A stretch of 62,194 nt of DNA, filler included, from Collodictyon triciliatum (Eukaryota), in assembly GCA_043381765.1 (NCBI GenBank). It is 6 parts of 6 records of this genome, joined end to end, with 100 filler letters (N's around TTAATTAATTAA, not from the genome) between each part and the next. Parts side by side here need not be neighbours in the genome. Positions count along the whole stretch, not along the records: positions 1 to 6,548 come from JBHJMP010000040.1; positions 6,649 to 15,008 come from JBHJMP010000041.1; 4 more parts are not named here. One strand, written 5' to 3'. Of the stretch, positions 1-11,751 are shown piece after piece. Positions within the stretch are counted from its first letter, which is position 1; every line of letters begins with the position of its first letter. The notes beneath the pieces were generated by a model. That model ran no database searches. It had not been told where the DNA came from and saw nothing but the letters and a program-made list of their open reading frames with translations. A program made the position numbers and the translations under genes.

Positions 1-21
1 AAAACCTCACAAAAATGAAAA

Positions 22-53
<32 letters not shown>

Positions 54-97
54 CTCGGTAGTTCTCTAAAGGAAAAAAATAAAATAAAGACTTTCAG

Positions 98-2066
98 ATG
101 AAGAAAAGAAAACGCCTTGAGTCTAAGAATCTAAAATTCATAAAACCACACTATGGAAATGTGAAAACATCCCTAAAGTCGGATGTAAAGAATGCAGATG
201 ACTATTACAAAACCAACGATACAGTTTTATTGTGCCATAACTTGGTTACTGACACTTTTCTGTTTGCAAGATGTTACATATTGAAATCACAACAACTCCC
301 AACAATCAATGAAAGTTTTTTTTTTTTGTGCGCTTTAAAGACAGTCAGAATTGTTTCACAAGATAGACCTGCGAGATTAAAAAAAAAAAAAAAACATCCA
401 GGTTTGAGAGATGACATGATGACCTTTTAACTTATTTATTTTCGATTCCTTTTGTCCCGAGAAGAACGCTTTCCGTTGGTTGAACTGTCTCTTGCATTAC
501 GTACTTGGCGAAGCAAATGCTAAAATCTTATCGTAATAACATTAAGATACATTTTGTGAAGAGGCTATTGCGCTTTACAAATCAAACAGTTCCTAAAGAT
601 GAAGAATATGTCCTAAGCTGTTAAAAAGGCAGAGCTTCGAAAGTTGAAAAAAAAAAAGCCATCTTCAAGAAGCTCGAAATACCGGAACAATATAAAGGAT
701 GGGCTAAAATACATTTGCATCATATCATAACCAGCGATATTGTAAATGGTATCGAATATGACGTCAAAGTCAATCCGGATAAGTGCATTCCATGTCTGAT
801 TTACATGTATCGAATTTTTGAGGACATTGAAACCAAGCTGCTTCAACCAATCTATATAAGATCTAACAATATACCGTGTCATAATACTCTAGATACTGCA
901 TGTTTGATAGTTCTATTAGTATTATCTGGGAAAACATTATTAATGAAGAATATATCAGGATGCAAAGAGACCCTATGAGATAATTTCTTTGAAATGAAGA
1001 AGGGGGTCTGTCATCGAAGGGACTACAATTTTAAATACATGATACAAACAGACAGTTTGGCGGTGTCATTATTATTTGAAAAGAAAGGTATTTCAAATTC
1101 AAAATCCAAACATAATCCAAAAGAACCAAGAATATGTTTATATAGATGAACTTTCCGAAGAGCAGCTATCTTTATTAGTGAAAAAATATGTAGTTGGAGT
1201 GGACGCAGGCAAGTTTAATTTGGTTTACATGGTGGATGAGGCAGGTAAGAAATTACGTTACACGGCACACCAAACAAGACACGATAGCAAATCTCTTAAA
1301 AATCACAAAATACTCTTGCGCGAGAAAAAAAAGTACAATGCTTCAGGGATATGCATGGCAACAGATTTACAAAGTGCTGTTTCTTTTGGTCTCAGGACTT
1401 TTGAAGAGAATCAGCAGTTTGAGACATCAAGAGTATCTTTAAACGATTTAGAGACAGAACTGAGTAAACATAACCCATGCACGGTCGATTATAAATAATT
1501 TCGAAAATATGTATCTATGAAATCAAGATGCCAGATAGAACTATCCAGATTTCATGAACACGGAAATTTTCGAAAGATGAGATGGAGACAGTATGTTAAT
1601 ACAAAAAGAAGTGAACAGTTGTTTATGGACCGAATCGAAAAGACATTTGGTAATGATGTTATACTGGCGTATGAAAACTGGAGCAGAAAATCTCCGATGA
1701 ACCATTTTATGCGAACAATCGGAAGAGGGTTACGAAAAATACCATCCAAATGTTTTGAAACAGTTAGTGTAGATGAATTTAGAACCTCCAAGATGTGTCG
1801 CCACTGCGAAAAAGAACTGGAATATATGACACTGAAAGGAAATTCAAAAAAAAGGTGTATATAAATGTCTCATATGTGAAGAATGCAATCGCCCAGAAAG
1901 CAAACAAAGTGTATTATTGACAAGGGACTTTAACAGCGCTAAAAATATAGTCAACAAAGTTCTTCTAATCCTACAAAATGTGCATACACCTTCCTCTAAA
2001 AAACAGGCTGTCGGGTCTTTCCCTGGCAGCCTTCACCACTACACAACCTTTGTGAAAAAGTGGTAA
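98..2066 (+). pseudogene. Disrupted Fanzor1-type (TnpB/Cas12-related) RNA-guided endonuclease
   Basis: Collinear fragments across frames: VKTSLKS (N-term), YLAKQMLKSYRNNIKIHFVKRLLRF (~503-577), YDVKVNP...KLLQPIYIRSNNIPCHNTLDTACL, FKYMIQTDSLAVSLLF (~1030-1077), RuvC-I VVGVDAG (Asp codon 1202-1204), AYENWS, RuvC-II VDEFRTSKMCRHC (Glu 1775-1777), CEEC, RuvC-III TRDFNSAKNI (Asp 1926-1928), stop TAA 2064-2066. In-frame stops (428-430, 976-978, 1496-1498) and several frameshifts; no introns. Confidence 0.88.
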
Positions 2067-2126
2067 GACCTTGGATACTAGCGCACCGAGTTTACCAATC
2101 GACAGATGGTATACCCCTTCTAGTAT
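2005..2126 (+). ncRNA. Putative Fanzor omegaRNA scaffold overlapping the nuclease 3' end
   Basis: Hand-found pairings: hairpin 2005-2032 (11 bp with two G-U); ACCACT 2035-2040/AGTGGT 2059-2064 enclosing CACAA/TTGTG; GGTCTT 2014-2019/AAGACC 2065-2070; ATACTAG 2075-2081/CTAGTAT 2120-2126 enclosing TACC-A-ATC[GACA]GAT-GGTA (GNRA loop). The position matches TnpB/Fanzor omegaRNAs. Confidence 0.55.
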
Positions 2127-2465
2127 TTACAAAGTTAATTTGCACGGTCATCAGAATACAGGAATTGTGTTTTACAACTTTCCAGCTGTCCTCGCCATCT
2201 GTTCTCTGTCTCCTTCATTCAATTGTTGGACTCTAATCATTTTTCATATTTTTACGAGATTCTAAATTCTCAACGCGTAGCACGAGTCACCATTTCTGAT
2301 AAACAGCAAACTGACTCGCAGCAAGGCACATAGCAAGATTGAGTACATTTCTTTCTTTTTATTATGATTTTTTTCCCTTTATTCGTTTTCTTTTTATTAT
2401 GATGAGTTCCGGGTCTTGCGTGGACGACGGACATGATTGGCGATAGAACAGGCCACAACCACGGC

Positions 2466-3649
2466 TTAGCGGTGATTTGTGCTTCCCATCTTCCGCTTCC
2501 CAGCGAAAAGATGCTTCGGCATCTTTGTGAGAATGACGCGGTCGGCTTCTCCTGACTTGGCCAGGCGATTACGGAGCTTCTGCTTCTTTCTGGCGATCTT
2601 GATGGCCTCGGTTTTTTGCTATAGAGGGCAGAGCGAAAGCAAAGGCGAATTAAGCGCAAAGGTTTTGGCTAAGACCGAGTTATCTCATTATTTTTGTTAA
2701 ATATATTCATTATCATTCATGCTTCTCATATTTTCTCCATGACGAAATATCGCTGGTTGTCTCTTTCCAGGTGGTTTCTACCTTGACGTTTCTAAAGCCG
2801 GGAGTGACACTGTTTTCATCTTCTGGTGCTGCACTTCTGGATCTTAGGAGAGAAATCAAACCGCAGAGAAGTTAACAATAGGCTGATAGTCAAAAGCTTG
2901 CTTGCCGCTTCTCGTGTACACACTGTATTCTCATGATAAACTATTTTGATCTCACGGAAAAGAGAACATATGTAGTTTTATAATGAATAACAGAACGCAT
3001 CCACGGTACTGGACATACCTCGATCTCTTGCGACCAGCAGGGCCCGTGCTTCCAGTGCTCTCCATTGCATCCTGTGTCGTTCACAGGAAAAAAGAATCAT
3101 TATTAAACGCTATAAAGCCCAAACTAGATGCGAGCTATTGATTGAATTGAAATAATTGGACAATTTCGTTATAAAATGCCATAATATATTTCTCTGAATC
3201 TCAGTTTGATTTTCAGCAACTGAACCTTGTCACGAGAGAGAGATTTGGATCGGCTTCTCCTGGGTGCGTGGGAAACAACTGAATCTACTACTGCTTCGCT
3301 GTCTGGTACACGCATCGATGAAAGTTGGCTCGAGAGAGCTTCTCGTGACTTTCTCTATATGACACGAGCATTGATTAGTAAGACAAAGGCTTTCAGAATA
3401 TATCCGTAGTGTTTAACTTCGAGATTTACGAATCAACAAAGCAAAATAGAATCTTCAGCGACCGACTTGGTTCATGAAGTTTTTTTCTTTCTCATAAATG
3501 ATTTGGAACAGTATTTTTCTTTCCAGAAAACAAAAAACAAAAAACAAAANNNNNNNNNNNNNNNNNNNNNNNNNNNNNNNNNNNNNNNNNNNNNNNNNNN
3601 NNNNNNNNNNNNNNNNNNNNNNNNNNNNNNNNNNNNNNNNNNNNNNNNN

Positions 3650-3723
<74 letters not shown>

Positions 3724-6231
3724 AGCGATTGAAGTGGGTCTTACCATCAACTTCACTCTGGGGATATGTGTCTTTCCACTTTTCTTCCAATTGTGCTCTT
3801 CTTTCATGACAAACTTCTTGTGTCGAATCTCGCGAAGAAGCTCTTCTTCATCAGAGTCGAGATCTTCGACATCTTCCTGTTAAAAACAATCAAAACGAAA
3901 CAAAAGACGCTAAATAAATGTATTGCATTTTTCTCCGTTTGTTGTGTAGAACTCTCTCTCCTCTTGTAATAGACAGGGACTGGGGCTGACTGCCCTTCTG
4001 TTGTTACAAGGTTTGTCGAGAGGTAAAAATAATCATTCCAAAATAGATAGTAGGAGCAAACCTCATCAGTTGCCTCGGTTTCCAACTCTTTAAGTCTAAT
4101 TTCTTCATCTTTCTCGAGCTCTGCAAGCTTTGCCTCGATGTCTGGATCGATAAAGTCTGCGATGTTCTTACCATCCATGATTTCCGGGATAGTGTCATAT
4201 TTCCATTCATCTCTCTTCAGAAGATATTGCTCTAGTTTTTTTTTAATAATAGTATATGAATTTTAAGAAAAGAGAGAGGAAAAATGCAAAGTGGTTTGAG
4301 GTTGACTCTTTTTTTTTCTTCATCTCTTAGAGACTTTTAAAGTGGTGATGGTGATATGAAAATAATCGTGCATACTTCGTAAGTCAGCGCTGTAAACACC
4401 GGGGCCGCCTTCCTCCCACATCACGTCTTTTTCGAGTTTGCGCCCTTCAGATGATTCAGCCTCACCCATATTCGACCTAGCACGGATAACAGACTCTGGG
4501 ATGGTGACTTCTCTAACCTATTATATGTGGTCGTGACTTTTCATACACATGCACATTCTTGTATGATATTCATGTATAGAATAAGGCATTTACAGTCGAA
4601 TTTAAGGGTGTCATTATTTTTTTTTGGCGATATAGATTAAGCCTCACCTTGTTATCTCTCGGTTTCGGCTCTGCAAGATGGAGCCGGTTGAGCACATCGT
4701 TCGACTGGAGGAGAGAAAAGTAGATTCGGTCAACAATTCGTCGTATTATAAATGTTATTCGCCTTCTTCTGGAGGTCGTACCTCTTTTTTTGTCTTGAAA
4801 TTAAATTAAAAATCGTATGCAACCTTTTTGCTTCGCAACTTCTGGTCCACACGAGACGACAGAAGCTTCTCGCAAGCAGAGTTGCGTACAGTCATGACGC
4901 CTTCCTCACTGATGTTACTCATGTGGAGGATTTCGACATTTTCTTGTTGAGCAAGGGAAGCAATAAGGGACTTATCATCTTCTGGAATGTCTTCAAATCT
5001 ACGGATGTCAATTTTGTTGACTACAACAAGGAGTGGCTTATTGGCGAATAGTGGGCGAATGTTGTTGAACAAGGCGCACTAGATATAGTCACGGTAGTAG
5101 CAGTTAGTGCACAATATCTGAAGTGAGTGTCCAAGTGTTGTTTCCTTATACTGACTTTAGAATAGAGAAGAAAAAGATCGACAATAAAAGAATAATGAGC
5201 TTACTTGCTCGCGAATAGTGTAACCGCAACGCTCGGAAATGTCGATAATGTACAAAACAGATGCACGTAGATGGGCCAGAGCAGTGATTGATTGCATCTC
5301 GATAGTATTTCTTTCTTCTAAAGGGTGGTCTAGAATACCAGGGGTGTCGATACACTGCCAGCGCAGATAGTTGAAGTCAAAATGACCAACATACAAAGAC
5401 TTTGTGGTAAAAGCGTAAGGTTGAACCTATGATATAAGCAGGAAATGTGATAATGTGGTTTAACAGGAATGACACCCGTGAAGTTATTCGATCATTAAGC
5501 ATAAAATATTCCCAAGTTTTGATGACTAAGATGATGAAATTGATGAATATACCCACCTCTACATTTGCACGACTGATAATATTCATGAAACTACTTTTAC
5601 CGACATTGGGATACCCGCAGACAAGAATCGTGCGTGTATTGGGATCGATGGACGGGAGACGAGACAAGTGTTGACGCACCTGCGGGTTAAGCACAGAGTG
5701 TGATTACTATTTTGCAAAGAAAATAAAATAAATAAAAATACATTGTTATTTAATGAGGGACACGAAGAGTGAAAGGAAGCACAGGACGCTTTTGCAAGCG
5801 AAGCTGTGATAACGACCAACCTGCTCCAAATATTCCAGGCTGGACTTCATTCCTTTCACCACTGTGCACATTCTATGAGAGGTTTAATAGTTAACAGAAT
5901 TAATATTGACCATGCCAAAACCCTCGGGAAGAGGGTTCGTGGCGGTAGTAATACGAATGCCAATACTAATAACTAGAATGATAATGATAGTTGGAGGGAG
6001 AGGCAGTAAGGATAACGGGGGGAGAGAGAGAGGATCAGGCACCTTCCCAGTGCCGCACGCTTCAGTTGTTTGCAGCGGTACAAAGAGTCTCCGTACTTCA
6101 GCAGCTTCACGTAGTCTTTACCAAGTGTATCAACCAAGTGCAGCGAAGTGTTGACGTGGCCAAGAGCCAGTTTGTAGTGGTCGCGGTCGTACAGAACATT
6201 CATCAGGTCAGCATAGAAAGGGTGGATTTCC
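2466..6231 (-). CDS. NOG1: Nucleolar GTP-binding protein 1 (60S biogenesis GTPase), multi-exon, 5'-truncated at scaffold end
   Basis: Spliced GT-AG exons give [25 protein letters not shown]-loop [57 protein letters not shown] and C-terminal [28 protein letters not shown] (TAA 2466-2468). Confidence 0.96.
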
Positions 6232-6548
6232 TAGTTGTCGCACGCATTACAAAGTTTAGAAATTGGTAAAGAAACTGTAGTGTTCAACTGCATTCTGAAA
6301 GCTGTATATTCGGTATTGCTTCATATATATTGAAAGAGTGTTGCTACAGATTTCAAGTTAGCAACTTGAGGAGTCTTCAAACAGCAACATAAGGGTCGAT
6401 AGCGACCCCTATTCTCTGAAGAATAATACTGATAATGATAATAAAAGGAGAGACTCGAAAACGCAAGGAAAGTATAAGGCTAGCTCAAGTGTGTGTTTTT
6501 TTTTTTTTTTGGTGTTTCTTTTTTTTGCTTCAGTTTTTTTTTTTTATT

Positions 6549-6648
6549 NNNNNNNNNNNNNNNNNNNNNNNNNNNNNNNNNNNNNNNNNNNNTTAATTAA
6601 TTAANNNNNNNNNNNNNNNNNNNNNNNNNNNNNNNNNNNNNNNNNNNN
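6549..6648. other. Artificial scaffold-join linker (N44-TTAATTAATTAA-N44)
   Basis: 12-mer with stops in all six frames at 6593-6604, flanked by 44 N on each side; the identical unit recurs five times. Confidence 0.95.
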
Positions 6649-8554
6649 AAAAAAAGCCAAAAAAACAGAGGGGGTGGCAACGAATAAAGGAATAAAAAAA
6701 AAAAAAGGCAGAGAGAGAGGAGAGTAGGAAAAGACACACGTCTTTATGTGGAGTTTTTGTTAAAAAGAAAAATGGGAATGAAAGAAAAGCGGGCTGGCAT
6801 AAGGTCGTGGCTCGTCCCTTCGGGTGTAAGGAGGTTAGTGAGAGGACAAAAAGAAGAAAAGAGTGCCGTATCGATGGATGGTGTGTATTGATGTACGATT
6901 CTTTCTCGAGGTGTGAATCTCATTGTAGTTGAGAGGATAATTTTTATTAAAAAAAAAAAAAAAAAGGCTGATTGTGCATTATGTTTGTTCGGTATGTAAG
7001 CCTGTCCTTCAGCTCATGTTTCATTCGAATTGACAAAATAGACATTGAACAAAAGAGCCGCAGGATTCTTGCACCCGAGAGAAGCGCAAAGGAAAGCCAC
7101 GTAAGACGTGTTCGTGACGCATTTGTGTTAGATTGTCGCACAAGTTATAATGGCAATGCGTCGCGATTCTGTCAAACACGCCACCGTCTTTTATGCAGGC
7201 TCTTTTATCTTCCCAGCTATCAAATACTTCTGCTTCGTGAAACACAGGCGACGGAAGAACCCCGAGTACTCAATCAAGACCCCCAACGCGAGTTTTTTAT
7301 CTACCGAGTCTATAAGTACGTGCCTCTGCTTCATATTGGAAACAAAAAGTAAATCAATAGGTCCGAGTTTCCGTGGCAATATATCTAGTTGGAAAGGAAA
7401 CGAAAATGTTTGCAGACAGGCCAATGCGCTATGTGATTCGTGCTTGTGATTGCGATGTGATTGGCAGGGAAACTCCGAAGCTCCTTGTCTGTTTGCGTCC
7501 AGATGGAAAAAAAAAAAGCAAAAACGGAAATGAAACGCACCGAAGAAAATCAATTTATTGGCGCTGAAAAAAAAGTGTGAGTTTAAAGCGAATTTTTAGT
7601 ATTGGGAATTATGAATTTCACAAACCAATTAGCTCTACGTTTATCTAATGAAACAAAACACGTTTATTTCGGCAAAGACGATTGTGCGGAAGTTCATACC
7701 TTTCTGGAATTTCACTCACTTTTTTGTTTTTATTCTTTGAATTTTATGGGAATATACCTAATAAAGACGTCCTTATAAGGCAAGTTTAATGGATTTATAT
7801 GGTCATTGGTGATTCCTCTCTGGGACAGAGTAACGGCTTTTCCTCCATAAAGTAACCCTTTTTACCGCATTCGACCAAAATCGCAAAGAGATTGGATTGA
7901 GATTACGGTCAATCCGCAGCAGAATTGTTTTTTCCGTCATATATAAGTATATTATATATAATGTATGAAAAATAATCTTCATAATGACTTAAAATACTAT
8001 TATATCATATTTTCCAAATTATCTGAATACCGTATTATATCAACCGTATATCTCCAGACAAATGTGGGCCTTTGCTTGTCTTTTCATCGAAGCAATCCTG
8101 CTGGCCAATCTGTCTTTCCCTGCTTCGCCATCAAAGGGCAGCCCTCCTGCGAGATGTCTCAGTCAGCCTTTACTTACGTTTTCTTTTTGCACAAATACAA
8201 AGCTTCGAGCGTCATGCGTACCGTGGGTCAACCTTGACTGCTCTGCCTTTCTCACTTCCTGTTCATTTTCATTCCTTTTCTTTTCTTTCCCTTTTTTTTT
8301 CCTTTTCCCCTTTTTTTTCCCCTTTTTTTCCCCTTTTTTTCCCCTTTTTTTCCTTTTTTTTCTTTGTTCTTTTGTTTCTTCAACTGTTCACCTGTTCATC
8401 TATTTTTCCTTACTCGGTTCTAACTGCATTTAGTTTGTTACATTTTAGAGTCAGCAAGAGGCAAGTCCAGGTGATTACCCAGCCGGCGCTATACTTGCAG
8501 TTATTCTTTTTATTAAAAGCAAACAAACAACTACTTCACAGAACAAAAGGAAAG

Positions 8555-8848
8555 AAAGAGAAAGAGAAAGAGAAAGAGAAAGAGAAAGAGAAAGAGAAAG
8601 AGAAAGAGAAAGAGAAAGAGAAAGAGAAAGAGAAAGAGAAAGAGAAAGANNNNNNNNNNNNNNNNNNNNNNNNNNNNNNNNNNNNNNNNNNNNNNNNNNN
8701 NNNNNNNNNNNNNNNNNNNNNNNNNNNNNNNNNNNNNNNNNNNNNNNNNAAAGAGAAAGAGAAAGAGAAAGAGAAAGAGAAAGAGAAAGAGAAAGAGAAA
8801 GAGAAAGAGAAAGAGAAAGAGAAAGAGAAAGAGAAAGAGAAAGAGAAA
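8555..8848 (+). repeat. (AAAGAG)n microsatellite spanning a 100-N gap
   Basis: Perfect hexamer array on both sides of the gap, just upstream of the HSF start. Confidence 0.95.
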
Positions 8849-8895
8849 AGCTAATAACAGGAAACCTATTATCTCACACTAACCCATAGTTACAG

Positions 8896-9810
8896 ATGGA
8901 TCACAAGAACGCGCGCTATGTCCCGCCAAAGACACAGCCAGATCATGGCAGCCCGATCAAAGCCGCAGTTGACCATGCAGAAGACAATGGGGACAATTCT
9001 TCCGAGGATTCTGGGGCGGGTGGAAAGCGAGACTGCGAGGCCAAGAGAGAAGAAGCGAACGCCAATACACCTTTCCCATTCGTTCAGAAGCTGGAAGAGA
9101 TCTTGAAGGATCAGCGGTGGAACGGAACAATTCGGTATGAAGACGACGGAAAGAGTATTGTCATCCAAGACTCTGCGCGTTTCACACAAGACGTGCTGCC
9201 GCTCTACTTTAAGCACCAAAACCTTCCGTCGTTCATTCGCCAGCTTAACATCTACGGTTTCCACAAAGCGTCGCATTCGCTACTACACTTCTCGCACCCT
9301 TCCTTTATTAAAAATCGGCCAGAGCTCCTCTCCCAGATATCCCGACGTCGCTCATCAAGAATTCTGAATTCTCCATACACCCATCCAACTCATTATGATT
9401 CCCATCACCTCCATCACGCAGAAGGGAAAGGACAACCAAACAGGTTAGAGTCAAGTACATTTCTGAAAGACAACCAGTACAACAGAAGGGAACACAGCTC
9501 GCCTTTTGAATCCCCAAGTCAATCTCCAAAAGCTGGAATGTCCAATCCGTCTTCACCAGACTCTCCTTCGGCACACGTTGATGATGAGGAAGCATCACAT
9601 AGGGCTCAAATATCGTCTTTGTCTGCATCATTTCGAGATTTGCATTCCAAAATACACGAAATACGAGAAGGCTACGAAAAAATTAAGGAAACGTTGTCTC
9701 AATTGGGAGAAGATATGACAACACTCCAAAAGCTACAAGATTCCATGCAGACCAATGCCGATCAAATTGTCGACCATCTTCATAGTATCGTTCCAGTTGG
9801 TATGGTTTAC

Positions 9811-9909
<99 letters not shown>

Positions 9910-10913
9910 ATTTTTTATCTTTTTATCTTTTTATCTTTTTGATTCACCTCCACCGTATCCAATTTTCTTACTCATTTCTTTCCCTGTTTGCCCCTCCCAA
10001 ATTGAACTCATTTGATACAAATTTCAGTCTTTTGAAAAAAAAAGGTAGAAATTAGAAAGTAAAAAAAGTGCGCCAAAATGATTCTTCAATATTTTATCAC
10101 ACCTTCTGCCTGTATATTTGCTTGCGGCTTACACATTTCTTGTGTGTATTTTCAGATATCCTCAATCAGATCAAAGGAGTTTCTCCTCAGAACCCTCTTA
10201 CTTCCCAGCCAAAACCACCGCCGTTTGAAGTACATGAAAACAGAACAACACATATTCCTCCAATTCACTTATCAAAGCCGAATAGTACTGATCTAATTGA
10301 AATGTACAAAGAACATGGGGATAAACATCAGCAGAGAATCTTTGATGACAATCGTATTACCGACCACCCTAGTGATAACAAAATAACTTCATGCCAAATC
10401 GCGACGTTAGGGGTGGTTGCCTCAGTAAATCAGTTCCAAACTCCGTCTAACAAGTATATGAGGCGAACTCAAAGTCACAAGTGGAATGCATTGAAACCTA
10501 AAACACAACAGCCAAAAAAGATATATGAAATCTTTGTTCCTGAGCGCCCTTTCCCAATACCTCTGTCATCCTTACCAAAGAAGCAGAATATTGTACTCTT
10601 AGGTTCACTAAGAGATATGCGTGATAATGGTAAGTAGTGCGATTGTCTTTCTCATGCTAATCGATGCAGTGGAGAATTATTGTCCACAACCCCTTTTAAA
10701 CGTTTCAATGTTTCTAATTTTGAAATCTTTGTAAAAGCAATCGACCCTGATTCATTACTGGTGCAAACTGCAATATCCGGTCTACAATCTTTGAGCAACT
10801 CAGACGATGTTCCAAAAATCACCGAGACTAAGATAACAGAGACAATACGTGATTTTAGAGCTAACCCGACGCCAAGAAGAATATACCAGTTTTTTCAAGG
10901 TATTTTCAAATGA
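8896..10913 (+). CDS. HSF-type DNA-binding transcription factor (multi-exon; 3' exon structure uncertain)
   Basis: HSF domain PFVQKLEEIL...IRYEDDGKSIVI...VLPLYFKHQNLPSFIRQLNIYGFHK...FSHPSFIKNRPELLSQISRR followed by a heptad coiled coil. GTATGG donor ~9800, TTCAG acceptor ~10156, and a further short intron near 10630-10669. Confidence 0.85.
9811..9909 (+). repeat. (ATCT)n intronic microsatellite
   Basis: Tetramer array immediately after the HSF intron donor. Confidence 0.95.
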
Positions 10914-11751
10914 TGTTGACGTAACATANNNNNNNNNNNNNNNNNNNNNNNNNNNNNNNNNNNNNNNNNNNNNNNNNNNNNNNNNNNNNNNNNNNNNNNN
11001 NNNNNNNNNNNNNNNNNNNNNNNNNNNNNNNNNNNNNNNNNNNNNNNNNNNNNNNNNNNNNNNNNNNNNNNNNNNNNNNNNNNNNNNNNNNNNNNNNNNN
11101 NNNNNNNNNNNNNNNNNNNNNNNNNNNNNNNNNNNNNNNNNNNNNNNNNNNNNNNNNNNNNNNNNNNNNNNNNNNNNNNNNNNNNNNNNNNNNNNNNNNN
11201 NNNNNNNNNNNNNNNNNNNNNNNNNNNNNNNNNNNNNNNNNNNNNNNNNNNNNNNNNNNNNNNNNNNNNNNNNNNNNNNNNNNNNNNNNNNNNNNNNNNN
11301 NNNNNNNNNNNNNNNNNNNNNNNNNNNNNNNNNNNNNNNNNNNNNNNNNNNNNNNNNNNNNNNNNNNNNNNNNNNNNNNNNNNNNNNNNNNNNNNNNNNN
11401 NNNNNNNNNNNNNNNNNNNNNNNNNNNNNNNNNNNNNNNNNNNNNNNNNNNNNNNNNNNNNNNNNNNNNNNNNNNNNNNNNNNNNNNNNNNNNNNNNNNN
11501 NNNNNNNNNNNNNNNNNNNNNNNNNNNNNNNNNNNNNNNNNNNNNNAACACTGTTTTCTGATTTATCTTTCAAGTTTATTTTAAGTCAAACTCCTTTCTG
11601 AATGTAAGGACATCGATCGACAAAGAACGTAAACAGAAATAAGAGAGGGGAAGAAAAAGGGGAGGAAAAAAAAAAGAAGAAAAGGAAGACGAGGGGAAAA
11701 TATGCATGTGTGCCGGACAATAAACAGCAAGGAATCAAGAAGCAGGCCAAG

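Noticed and set aside
6649-8550. Short ORFs (e.g. 7150-7449, 7191-7553) and a possible heat-shock element near 7700
   Set aside because: No recognisable domains or consistent exon chain; the GAA/TTC spacing does not fit nGAAn arrays.
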